In this document: positions 51,610-64,000 of the stretch, piece after piece
Layout of the letters: every line of letters begins with the position of its first letter
Position numbering within the stretch: the first letter of the stretch is position 1
DNA from: Octopus sinensis
Taxonomy: Eukaryota
Length of the DNA: 64,000 nt
Direction of reading: 5' to 3'
Assembly (NCBI RefSeq): GCF_006345805.1
Contig: NC_043022.1
Location: 16,926,001-16,990,000 of the forward strand
Translations under genes and position numbers: made by a program
The notes under the pieces: model-generated
Told to the model about the DNA's origin: nothing
The model's database searches: none
The model's input: only the letters and a program-made list of their open reading frames with translations

Positions 51610-52130
51610 CACAGATATACATACACACACATATATATATAATATATATATATATAATATATATATATATATACATACACACACATACATGCATACATAC
51701 ACGTATATGTATATATAATATATATATACACACACTATTATGACGTAGGTGATTGCATTAGCCAATGAGAAGAGGCTTTCATTCGTATCTGAGTGTAATA
51801 ACATGTGCGCAGGCGGAGAGAGTCTGTTCTCTTTCTAACCGGGGTACGTATAAAACGTTGGACGGTAGCTATTGTTGCCTGCTGGTAGGGAAAACACTTT
51901 GCTCACCGTACTTCCAATTTCTTTGATTTTTAACATTCGTCACCATTTTCTCTAATAATGTCTCTGCCATTGTTTCTTGTCGCTTTTTTCCCCCTTTTCT
52001 TTTCATTCCGATTGACTCATCTAACGATCGCTTCTCCCCATTGACGACGGCAGATCGCTTCCCGTCTCACCATCTCTCCCTCCCTTTAACCATCATCTGA
52101 CGTTTCTCTTCCACTGCTCTTGTCCCTCTC
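50800..52130. promoter_or_regulatory. CpG-enriched candidate (bidirectional) promoter
   Basis: E-box CACGTG 50991, minus-strand NF-Y CAGCCAATCAG 51333-51343, TGACGT 51741, plus-strand AGCCAATGAG 51760-51769, NRF1-like TGCGCAGGCG 51806-51815, donor GGG|gtacgt 51844. Confidence 0.45.
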
Positions 52131-52851
52131 CTAGTTTTTCTGTATACGTGTATGGCTTACAAGAAGCCCGAACCAGAAGAAGAAAAAATAACGATCTACT
52201 TTATACACATATACACTGACATGTATAAATATATATGTTGTAGTTTGCGTATATATATATAATATGTATGTATACATATGTAGTTTGTATAATATATAAT
52301 ATGTACATGCGTATATACACATATATAGACATACCTATATATGTATGTACATGCCTGTGTGTGTTCAGCTTTGAAAGCCATCCACGTAGCGATCACATGT
52401 GAAATGGTACATTGATTGTATAATTGTATTAATGTAATCTACCAGATTCTTTCTCGTCTAATTCTAGATGTTCACAAATCGTTCCCAGACACTCGTTTCC
52501 TATTCCTTATATACATACATATATATGTATATATTTAAAATTCTTAGTATCGTTATTTTTGGATGTGTTCAACATCATTTCCCCCCTCACAATCTGTCGT
52601 TTCTCCTTCAAAATATGTTGGCCTAAAAGCCGTATGTCAGCTTTGTTAATGCCTTAAATAAATATTTCGGTTGATTGTTCTATGTTTATAGGTAGATGTA
52701 AAGACATGCAACATTGTTTTAATTTAGTCAGATTGTTTGCCATGTAACTTGACTAGGGTCCATTATCTTTCCTTCCTTTCTCCCATTCTCTGTAATCACA
52801 TGAAATTGAGATTTTTTTATGACCTTTGCCCTTATTTCATGATTTTATATA

Positions 52852-52902
<51 letters not shown>

Positions 52903-53338
52903 ATAATAGATAAAGGTTGTGTCTTCTGTACACTACCTGTGTTTTTAGTAGAACCACATTTAGACACGCGAAAAGGGGTGGGTAATGATCTGCTCTTTTA
53001 TCTGGACGCACTGTCGTTTAATTTAACCTTATAATTAAATTAACCACTTGCTCGCTCGTTGTCTCCATTCATTAGTTGGTCTGTCTGTCTGTCTGTTAGT
53101 TTGTAATAATAATAAAGAAAAAGGATAATTAATGCTTGAAAATATATTTCCATTCATATCTGGAGTCCCTTTTACGAAATCACCACCACCTTCCTTCCTA
53201 TACACGTCCCTTAATTAACCATCCCCTGTTTTTGTTGATATCATTATTTCGTAATCACGTTTAATTTGATGTTATTAGGGCAAATGTAGACGTGTGTTTT
53301 TAAAAAAAATTAAATCTGTTTCTTGTATTTGTTTACAG

Positions 53339-53370
53339 AACAAAGGCGAACCAAGGTGGAGGCTAAGCGG
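53339..53370 (+). other. Candidate 32-nt internal exon (UTR or coding, e.g. xQRRTKVEAKR)
   Basis: Strong acceptor tttcttgtatttgtttacag and donor CGG|gtaaaa. GC-rich island in AT-rich flanks. Confidence 0.35.
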
Positions 53371-54323
53371 GTAAAATAACATATTTAGGACGGATTTCTT
53401 ACGGACGCAGTACAGTGAGTATATATATGGACTTGTTAAGATGGATATAGGTGTGTATCGGAGGATCGTGTCTCAGATAATAGTCTTCGTGTGTTGGATG
53501 TGTGTATATAATTATATGGTGATGATCTTGCCTTTTTTTTTTAATTGAAGAGCTTTGATTTATATATATATATATATATAATTAATGATTTGGTAGGACA
53601 TATGTGTATAATTGTATATATATAGTATGTTTATGTCTATCTATATATATATATATATAACGGATGTTGGGAGGAGGTAAGTACCTGTGTGTAGGTGTCA
53701 GTAATTTGATCTTACACAAGTTTATCTTCCCACCACGTCCGTTAAAAAACAAAAATCACTGGACTTAGTGGGACATATTTGTTCCTAATTTAATGATATA
53801 CTCGTACACACACACACACACACATCTGCTTGTATGTGCAAAAACCTATCTTGGTACCATACGTATGTATGTATGATCAGTGATGTTTGTGTGTGTGTAG
53901 CCAAGAGCTTGTTCCCGATGTAAATCGATGTGTATATATGTGTGATCCTGCCTTTATCTGTCTCTGCATACGTGTCTGGTTATGTATTTGTGTCGATGTA
54001 TATATAATATATACATACGTGTCTATCTTGGTGAGCGCCTAATCGTGTTGATGTTACTACTATACATACGTGTCTATGCATGTGAGGATATGCGTGTCGA
54101 CGTGTGTGTGTGTATGTATGTATGTATATATATATACACACGTATCTATTTATGTGACTTTATTAAGAAAGATAATTATCTCTTGCGTTTACTGTGTATT
54201 ACTGAATATTTGTATCACAAGATCTTTTTCTCTGGACGTCTGCAGAACGAACGTATGTGCATGATGTATACCTAAATATAAATGTCTCGATGGATATATA
54301 TATATATATACATAGTATATGTA

Positions 54324-54368
<45 letters not shown>

Positions 54369-55275
54369 GTGTCTGGTTTTATATATATATATGTACACAC
54401 ACACGAATGTGATGGTGTGTGCCAAAATGCCAAGTTGTGCGAGGAAGTCAGTTGCCCTCGAAACCCCCCCGCCGTCACCACCACCACGACGACATCGTCC
54501 CCGCCGCCGTCGCCACCCCCGTCACCGCCTCCTTCGCCACCCCGAGTAGTGCCAACTAAGCAAGACTTAGCAACTTGTCATACTCGCGATGGACACGTCA
54601 ACAATTTTAACAGCAGTTGGCCTTCTTTTTTCTCTTGGAAACCTTCTCTCTCTCCCTCTCTCTCTTTCTATTTATTTATTTTCCCCTAATCGCGATCCCT
54701 ACCCAACTAATTCCCCCAAATACAGTTTCTGGCCGACTCTACCAAATATGTTGACGTGGTGGTGCAGTTTTGCATTTCTTAATTCTTTCGTTACACACGC
54801 ACAGACCCAGATATGTCTGTGTGACTTGGCAGTTAAAAGTGTATATAAAACTTCTGTACATTTCATGTGTATGTATATATATGTAACATAAATTATGTAA
54901 CACACACACACACGTGTATATATATATTTTTATATTTATATATGAATGAAGCAATTATGTTAAGATCAAACATAGATTATAGAGTAAACGGTAAATTTTT
55001 ACTTTACCGAATACTTTGTTATATATACATGTTCTATGGTATACATTTTACAAGAGGTGTATAGCCTATAAATTGTGGCCCATGTAATTCATTGTACGTG
55101 ATGTAAACATGGATTGTCAACCATGTGGCTCCATGTTCCGTGCCCACGTCAGCAAGTGTTACCTGCGAGTGGAATTTGATTGATAGGAGCGTTTTAGAGA
55201 CTGTGTTGAATATCATCATTTGTTGTCGTCGTTTCAATGTCTGCTTTTTCCATTCTCTTGCCTGGGACATACGAA

Positions 55276-55344
55276 ATGGTTGAGGCAGAAGGTTTATCGC
55301 CATCTGTCAACACTGATGAGAAGACACTTGCTGACGTGGGCGAG
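55276..55344 (+). CDS. Possible N-terminal coding segment MVEAEGLSPSVNTDEKTLADVGE, product unknown
   Basis: gaaATGG context and phase-0 donor GAG|gtatat. No homology recognised, and other frames/strand are also open. Confidence 0.18.
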
Positions 55345-57239
55345 GTATATGCAGGAGCCTATGTACACACACACACACACACACTGAAGCACGCGCGCGC
55401 GTCCTTTATTTGATTCAGTCACTAGACTGCGGCCATGCTGGGGCACACACCTTGAATTTTTAGTCGAATTGGCCCTAGTAATTTTTTAAAATCCTGGTAC
55501 TTATTCTATCGGTCTCTTTTGCCGAACCTCTAAGTTACGAGGACGTAAACACACCAACACTGGTATTGGGGGAACAACCTCCCCCATGTATATATATATT
55601 TATGTATGTGTGTGACGAGTTTATTTAAGTTTCCACCGAATCCACTGACAAGGCTTTGGTCGGTCCAAAACTATAGTAGAAGACATTTGCCCAAGGTGCC
55701 CACACCGAGAATGAACCTGGGAGCAAACTTCACAGCCACAAGGAGAGGGAAAAAACATTATTTGTGTGTGTGTGTTTTTAATTTATAATTTAGTGGTGCA
55801 GCAGAAAGAAGCTGTTAGAATAAGTATTAAGCTTTACCAAGTCGATTTGCTCAACTGAATTCTTCGATGATGCCCCAGGATGGGCGTTGTCAAATGACTG
55901 AATATACATTTGTGTGTGTGTGTATTTTATTTAGATATCATCATCATTTAACATCTGCTTTCCATGTTGGCATAGGTTTGACGGTTTGACTGAGGGCTGG
56001 TGAGCCAGAAGGTTGCACCAGGCTCCAATCTAACCTGGCAGTGTTTCTACAGCTGGATGCCCTTCCTAACACCAACCACTCCGAGAGTGTAGTGGGTGCT
56101 TTTTAGTGCCTCCAGCATAGGAACCAGTCAGGTGGTACTGTTTTACATGCCACTGGCACGGGAGCCCGACATCTTGGGCAAACGTCTTCTACTATAACCT
56201 TGGGCCGACCAAAGCCTTGTGAGTGAATTTGGTGCATGGAAACTGAAAGAAGCCCATTGTACGTATATGTGTGTATAGATACACACACACACACACATAC
56301 ATGTATGTATTTGTGTGTCTGTGTTTATCCCCTTGCCATTGCTTGACAACCGATGTTGGTGTGTTTACGTCTCTGTAACTTGGTGGTTCAGCAAAGGAGA
56401 CTGAGAGAATAAGTACTAGGTTTAGAAAGAATAAGTCCTGGGGTCGATTTGTTCGACTAAGAGCAGTGCTCCAGCATGACCGCAGTCAGATGACTGAAAC
56501 AAGTAAAAGAATAAAAGAACATGTATATACACAACGCACATGTGTGTGTGTGTGTGTATACATATACGTGTGTGTCTACATAAGTATGTGTGTGTATGGA
56601 CTCTCCCATTAAAGACGGCATATAAGCATTGAGCATTTTCCCAAACGACCTTCACAAATGATTTGTTTATAAGCATCAAATGTCTGTGCTGCTCGTTAGC
56701 TCACTGCTGCCATCAAATTAACAGTTGTGCCACGTGTGAGGTGTTTAAATCAGTGCCTAGCAACGTGCAATTAAGTGTTTTGCTAAAAAAACAATGCACC
56801 ACTTTGCACTAGGTATTGAAACCACAATCTTGCAATCATGAGTACAACACCCTAACCACTAGGTCATGCATGCATATATACATATATATATTATATAATA
56901 AATAAATATATATATATTATATATATATATATATATTATTTGCCTGCTCGCTTAGCCAGCGGGGTGGTGTCATTTGAAGGCTAAAACAATGCGAAGTGCA
57001 TTGTGACCAGCGATGTGTAGCAACATATGATAGCCTGGTTGATCACATGATCATCATCATCATCATCATCGTTTAACGTCTGTTTTCAATGCTAGCATGG
57101 GTTGGACGGTTCGACCGGGGATCTGGGAAGCCAGAAGGCTGCACCAGGCTCCAGTCTTATCTGGCAATGTAATAAATAAATATATATATTATATATATAT
57201 ATATATATAGTGATAAATTATCCAGGCAGGTACCGTGGT

Positions 57240-59100
57240 AGCTCTCGGGTATATTCCAGGTTACAGCTAGCTGCATCAGGTAGTGATAAGCATCAATGAT
57301 TGCTTAGTGTTAGCAATCCCACTGTAATTCTTCTGATGGCCAACTCCAGGTTCATCTCTCTGGATTATGAATATTATCAGCAATGTAAATTTCAAACAAT
57401 TACAAAGAATATGGAAACATCTCTGCAGACCCACCAGATGGAGATTCACAGATAAGTTTCTTTCAGGGTCACCACCCTCATTACTAGACAGAAGGCTTTT
57501 GGTAAGGAGCAAGACACAAGCCTGGTTGGATCTACTTCTGTTATTGGGGCAAATTGACCATAAATGTTACCCCACCCAGGGTACCGTTCAGAACTAAAAA
57601 GAGGAAGATGCAAGGTTCAGAAAAAAGCTAGATGCTGTGTGAATAGCTACTGGTTACCGTTTTGCGAAGTTATTTAATCATCATTTGACACAGATGACAT
57701 TTGTGGAATGTAGCAGTGGGCAAATCAAGAAAGCTATCATCCCAACCATGAGCAGGACAGAACCATTGAAAATCATCAAACACTATCAAAGAAAATAGCA
57801 AGCAGACAGGAAGATGGATTAAACATTAATCCAAACTTTACTTCACCGTAAACAGCATCTTGGATAGTGTTTTAGGCAACATGGAATGTTTGCCAGTGAT
57901 GGAAGCACTGGATACACTTCTGAAGAACTGAGTCAAAACCATTGACTGTCTTCTCAGTGGCCAGGCACCAGGTTGGAATGGTGCCTTAATGTGTACCAAA
58001 GACATCCTGTTGCATCACCTGTGTGGCTCAGTGTGCCAGTGCTGGAAAGAAGGAGCAATGCCGCAGGCCATAAGACTGCAGCACGGTCGTGTTGCACAAG
58101 AACCAAGGAAATGGAAGTGATTGCAACAACTGCAAAGGAGTCCCTTTGTTGAGCATTGTTGGGAAAGTCTGCATTTGTGCAGTCCGAAACAGATTGCAGA
58201 AAATCACCTCAGGTCAGAACATTACACAGTTGACCCATTATCTCCTCCTTTTGACAATTACAAGAAAAATGAAGAGAAAAAGACAATCACTCCGCATTGC
58301 TTTGGTTGACCTCACGAAGGTCCTTGACCTTTGTGAGTAGAGACATCCTGTTCAGAATTCTTGTCAAGATTGTGTGCCTTCCAAGGTTATTCATGATTGT
58401 TCCATCATTCTATACAGACATGGACAATGGCTTTTCCTAGGGAGCCTTCAGTATTTACAGTGGAGTGAAACAGAGATGTGTGCTTGTCGCAGTCCTGTTC
58501 AGTATCTTCTTGGTTGTCATGCTTTTGGAACTTAAGGTGTTTACCTTCATGCAAGGTCAGATGGAAAGTGTGTGACGTACATGGTGTTTGCAGATGTTTC
58601 AGCATTGGTGGACACACTTGGCAGTGCAACTGCAATGCCTTATGGATGGCCCCACAAGAGCCTGTCAAGGCTTTAGCTTCACCATCAGTCTGAAGAAGGT
58701 AGAAGCATTGGGCCCAGGTATTGAGCACCCCCCTACTATTAATTTCAGCAACTGTGAGCTGGCAGGAGTCTATGAGTTTGAGTAGCTTGGTTCCACCATC
58801 GTCTCTCTCGAGTCTGAGATCGACAGACATCCTGAAAGAGCAGTCTATAAGAATCTAAGAAAACTGTAAGCTAACTGTGCACATCAAGGTTACAGTCTGC
58901 TGGGCTTGTGTCCTCAATACACGGCGTTGTGGCAGACAAACCTGAAGCATCTACTTGGGACAGAAATGGTGTCGCCATGCCTCCCACCTTCACAGCTTGA
59001 GACAGATTCTGAACATCAAATGGGCTGACCAAGTCACTAACAACAAGACTCTTGCTTGCATAAGAGATACCCAACATCCTCATCAAACTGACACCTCCGT
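57240..59100 (+). mobile_element. Decayed RTE-clade LINE (endonuclease remnant plus RT pseudogene)
   Basis: CWKEGAMPQ..HKNQGNGSDCNNCKGVPLLSIVGKV..LVDLTKVLDL..SGVKQRCVLVAVLFSIF..TISLKKVE..YEFE*LGSTI are standard RTE/BovB-type RT motifs, with stops and frameshifts. Confidence 0.9.
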
Positions 59101-59382
59101 TGGCTGGTATTTATTCTGTTAGTCTCTTCTGCTAAGTTACAGGAATGTAAACGCCGACACCAGTTGTTAGGCAGTGGTGGAGGACAAACACAAAGACACA
59201 CACACATGTATGACAGGCTTCTTTTCAGTTTCCACTCATCAAATCTATTCACAAGGCATTGGTCAGCCTGAGGCTATAGTAGAAGAGACTTACCCCAAGG
59301 TGCCGTGCAGTGGGACTGAGCGTGGAATCATGTGGTTGGGAAGCAAGTTTCTTACTACACAGCCTTGCCTTATGTATGTATG

Positions 59383-59414
<32 letters not shown>

Positions 59415-59534
59415 TATATATATATATGGCTTAGCTGGCTGAAATTTTGAATGAAGTGACTGTTAAAGAATATTCTTGTTAATGAATAAGAAATTTGTAC
59501 TCTACCAAATATATTACGTAATCCTTATTTATAT

Positions 59535-59847
59535 ATAAAGGGTAAAGACCCCACCTTGGTCATGAATGACTTTGGGATTGCACCTAAAAAGTTACACTCC
59601 AAGACCAGCAGTCGCACATGCATACCAGCCTCCCCTCTCCATGCCACCAATATTATCCCAGGGTAAGGCAAAGGGACCGAGACAGCTTGGTACGAGTGAT
59701 GTCACCACTCATTTCTACAGCTGAGTGAACTGGAGCTGCGTGAAATAAAGTGTCTTGCTCAAGAACACAACACACAGCCCGGTCTGGGAATCAAACTCAC
59801 TACCCCATGATTGTGAGCCCGACACTAACCACTGAGCCATGCGCCTA
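59535..59847 (-). mobile_element. CORE-like SINE family E, near full length
   Basis: Minus-strand head AGGCGCATGGCTCAGTGGTTAG, core GTTCTTGAGCAAGACACTTTATTTCAC. Other heads at ~28436-28570(+), 28640-28745(-), 30990-31060(-), 36590-36647(-) and 56790-56870(-). Confidence 0.75.
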
Positions 59848-60056
59848 CTCACACACACACACACGCACACTCACACACACACACACATACACACATATAT
59901 GATGGGTTTCCTACAGTTTCTGTCTATCACAAGGCTTTGACTAATCCAAGGCTAGAGTAGAGACACTTGCCCAAGGGTCTAGGCATTGAGGCTCAACCTA
60001 AAACCATGTGTTTGGGAAATTAACTTCTTAACCCCCAGCTATGCCTGAGCCCATAT

Positions 60057-60094
<38 letters not shown>

Positions 60095-60097
<3 letters not shown>

Positions 60098-60340
60098 GTG
60101 CCGGTGGCACGTAAAAAGCACCATCCGATTGTGGCCGTTGCCAGCCTCGCCTGGCCCCTGTGCCGGTGGCACGTAAAAAGCACCCACTACACTCTTGGAG
60201 TGGTTGGCGTTGGGAAGGGCATCCAGCCGTAGAAACACTGCCAGATCAGATTGGGCCTGGTGCAGCCTTCTGGCTTCCCAGACCCCAGTTGAACCGTCCA
60301 ACCCATGCTAGCATGGAAAGCAGACGCTAAATGATGATGA
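60095..60340 (+). mobile_element. SINE family C, young copy with two internal modules
   Basis: Reverse complement closely matches 45811-46160. Confidence 0.85.
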
Positions 60341-61467
60341 TATATATATATATATATATATACATACACATATATGTAAAAATGTGTCTGTGTTTGTGTA
60401 AATATTTGCAGTGGACTACATTGCATACATGGTGGTGCCTCTATTTGTAGCTGAGTGGGAAGCAGTGTTGTTTGTTGAGACCAATTGTCTGCTGGTTTGG
60501 CACTTTTGAATTCCTTTGCAGTTAAAATTACCTCAGTTGAAAAACAGGCAAGGGTTGCTGACTGGAAGAGCATCCAGCCGTAGAAATCCGGCTTCAAGTA
60601 TCTCCCTGTTTGACCTTTACCAGCCTGGAAAAACAGGCACTAAAAGAACCAATGAACAAATATATATTATGTGTGTGTGTGTTTATATGGATATACACAT
60701 ATGTGTGTGTGTGTATATATGTGAATACACACACACACATACACATATATACATATAGATATAACATACACACACATTGGTGTTTGTTTTTATGTGAAGT
60801 TAAAATAAAAACAATTTAACCCTAAACTGAAGAATTACTCAATACTTTTTAGTAGGTGCCATGCAGTGGACTGAACTCAAGACCCTGTGGTTTGAAAGCA
60901 GACTTCTTACCACACACCCATGGCCGTGCCTGTTGATAAAATATAGAAACATCTTGATTGGAGCTGCTCAATTGACAAATATTCTTTATGCGTATTATGA
61001 GCCAGACTTTAAGAACTATTTCTACATTGAACGCCTTCTCTGATTAAGTGTGAGCTCCTTCCATCAGATGAGGCCATGACATTATTTCCTTCTGACTTTC
61101 TCAGAGTGTTTCGTCAGTAAAGATATTGCAATGGTTTGCCATTACCTTCCCCTCCTGGATGACCATTGGCCCACAAGGAACTCATCCTTCTGGGGTGTCC
61201 AGACATCCTCCTCACAAGAGTAGCAAGCTACTCATGTAGGGGAACCAGTTTAGTCACTGACCACTTGACCACGGAACTGGTGGTACTGGTTTCCATGGTA
61301 CCAGGAGCAGATCTTGCTCACCTGTGTCGAGATCCCTGACCTGACTATATTACAGGTGGTTAACGAGTAAAAACACTAATGTAATACCTCAAGTTACATT
61401 TACAATACCCCAGTAAGTCGAATACAGATCCACAAATTAGAAGTTTGTTTTCATTAAAAACCATTTA

Positions 61468-62155
61468 CCCTATAGAGCAGACGGGCGCCAGCTGCTGTAG
61501 CTGCTATGCCATCGTTCTTCATCTTAGTATTCCATTCATCTGCTCATCCATACCGGCATTGAAAGAAACCTGCTTGTGTCATCACAACCACTTCATACAG
61601 CAGCATTTGCCCTGGCACATTCGTATTAACGAACATACCTACATGTCTAATTGTTGGAGAAATCAACTCATACACTCCTCCGTTTATCCACTCGTATACA
61701 TTGGCATCATCAGGTATACATGCCCCTGCAATCACCTTTTCAAACAGTCGACAGGTACAGCCGCTCGTTAGTCTCTCCATACACCCTGGTATCAACCGAT
61801 ACCCCAGTTTTTGCAATAGTCAGCTGATGCCACAGACCGTTCATTCGTCCCGGTGGCATTGATAGAAACAAGTGCGCTTACATCATCACTTTCTGGAGCA
61901 ATTAACTAATTCCTTCCTCCTTCAACAACAGATGTGCTTCCATCGCCCCCCCCCCGCCTCCCTTTCTATCCAAGCTGTGATTCAGACTGATGCCATGTCA
62001 ATGAGTGCTGCCGTTAAGTAGAATGGTAGACAAGACTACCTCCTCAAATTGTTGTTTGTGACCATCATACATGAAACTCAGCTTGGAGTGATGGAACCAG
62101 TTCTCTTGATACAGTTCTTGATACTTCACACTGACAGGGGACAGCAGTTGAAGTT
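61468..62155 (-). pseudogene. Decayed ORF of unknown origin (possible endogenous viral or TE sequence)
   Basis: Long protein-like frame (..YEWINGGVYELISPTIRHVGMFVNTNVPGQ..) with few stops and frameshifts, and higher GC/CpG than the flanks. Confidence 0.3.
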
Positions 62156-62199
62156 CAAATGTGTGTGTGTGTGTGAATGTAACACACACACACACACAC

Positions 62200-62241
<42 letters not shown>

Positions 62242-63109
62242 CATTTATGTATATGTGTGTATCTATATCTGTTTGGTTTTGATTCTTCTGTCCAGCATTT
62301 TGTTAAAGTATCTTCTACAATGGCCTTGCATTGCTCACTGCCTCCTCATAGATGAGGTCCAATTGGTCTGGAACATGTTTGGAATTGCTGTACTATTTCC
62401 AGCAAATTTAATACTTTAACATATCCAGGTTGTTTGCATTAAAACTTATGCACAAGTGATAATGCTGATAAACAAATTAGATGTATTAAATATTATTGTC
62501 TCCATATCTGCTCAACTTGATCCTCTGTAAAGACACTGGAGTCTCAGTTTCAATCATTTGAACACTACTGTCTTCTATACAGAGAATCTCATCTGTTATA
62601 TATATATATATATATACACACATAAAGCAGTGACCTGGTAGAAACGTTAGCATGCCGGGCGAAATGCTCAGCGGTATTTTGTCTGAGTTGCGTACTGGAG
62701 TCAATCTAAATTTCAGGCCTTGTACCTAGAGTAGAAAAGTATGTAAATATATATGTATTTCAGAATAAGCACATAAATGTGAAACAAGGTGGAGAAAATA
62801 GTACTCAAATACCGGAGGTAGAGTCATATGCTTTAGTATTATTAAAGCTGCAAAGATACCACAAAAACTGCCACTCAGTTTCACGTTCCTGTTAGTCAGT
62901 TTTTTCACACACACACATTTGATCTTGAAAAAACTGTCCAACGAATGGGAACGTGAAACTCTGAGTAACAGTTTTTGTGATGTCTTTACAGCTTTATCAA
63001 TAAAGTATATATATATAATATATATATATATATAATTACACATAATATATATATATATATATAATTACACATAATATATATTATATATATTATATATATT
63101 ATATATATA

Positions 63110-63142
<33 letters not shown>

Positions 63143-63596
63143 ATAATTACACATAGTATATATTATATATATATATTATATATATATATTATATATTATA
63201 TATATATATATATATATTTTGTGCATAAGTATGTTTGTGTGTGTGTGTTTATACGTGTATATAATTGTGTGTTTATGATAAACTTGTATAAAAAAAATCC
63301 CTGAATTGCAGTTGGTTTCTGGTCCCTGCAATCTCTGTTGTGCCACTGGGTCCACGGCTGAAAAGAGGCTTCAGTGCTGTACAATGCTTTATCCACTCAA
63401 AACAAATGCCTGCACAGGAAATTCTTGGAGTCTTAAAACATTTGCACGGACTCACTGTGCTTAAGAAGTGGTCTTAGTCATGAGATGACTTCCACCATAT
63501 ATGTGTCTACATTTATATATAAGCATATATTTATGTGTGTGTGTGTTTATATAGGTATATATACATATATGTATGTATGTGTGTATATATATATGC

Positions 63597-63630
<34 letters not shown>

Positions 63631-64000
63631 ACTTGGGTATTTGTGGATGACCTAGAGGTTCTGACAAATAAATTTTACTGAAAGAGTTTATTCAAAAGTT
63701 GAAACTTTTCTGTTTTGAGAGGAAATAGAAAACACTGTGGCAGTCGTGCTTTGCACCAGGTCACTCGGTTGGTTATTTACTTTAATATTAATTAAAGTGG
63801 GTCACTTGTGCTTTTAATGTTAATAAAGTAGGTCATTTGTAATGTTCGATGTAAATCAATGAAAAAAAAACCCTCACCTATTATAATTACACCTTCAGAG
63901 ATGAAAACCGTGATTATCTACAAGAATATTCCTTGTAGAAATATCCAGCTGGTTTATCATTATCATCATCATCGTTGTCTTAACATCTACTTTTCTATGC

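Noticed and set aside
63300-63480. Terminal exon candidates
   Set aside because: Multiple open frames on both strands, and no homology or decisive splice signal.

Overview
AT-rich, microsatellite-dense eukaryotic DNA, almost certainly cephalopod (Octopus-like). This organism call is from memory of its characteristic tRNA-derived SINEs and (AT)n/(CA)n load. The window reads as intronic/intergenic. I cannot confidently identify any protein-coding gene, and nearly all ORF-track entries are microsatellite or antisense-repeat artefacts. Well-supported content: dozens of copies of about five SINE families, two decayed RTE-clade LINEs, several Tc1/mariner and hAT MITEs (one with a perfect 8-bp TSD), Helitron-like ends, a 26-bp minisatellite, a ~1.09-kb tandem duplication and many fold-back elements. 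The most interesting signals are: (1) hammerhead-ribozyme-like cores in a Penelope-like GIY-YIG remnant (~49.2 kb) and at the axis of several short fold-backs; (2) three candidate promoter regions (~14 kb, ~41 kb, ~51.5 kb); and (3) a decayed ORF of unknown, possibly viral, origin at ~61.5-62.1 kb. There is no CRISPR array, rRNA or genuine tRNA. Family labels A-E are my own; all alignments and folds were done by eye.
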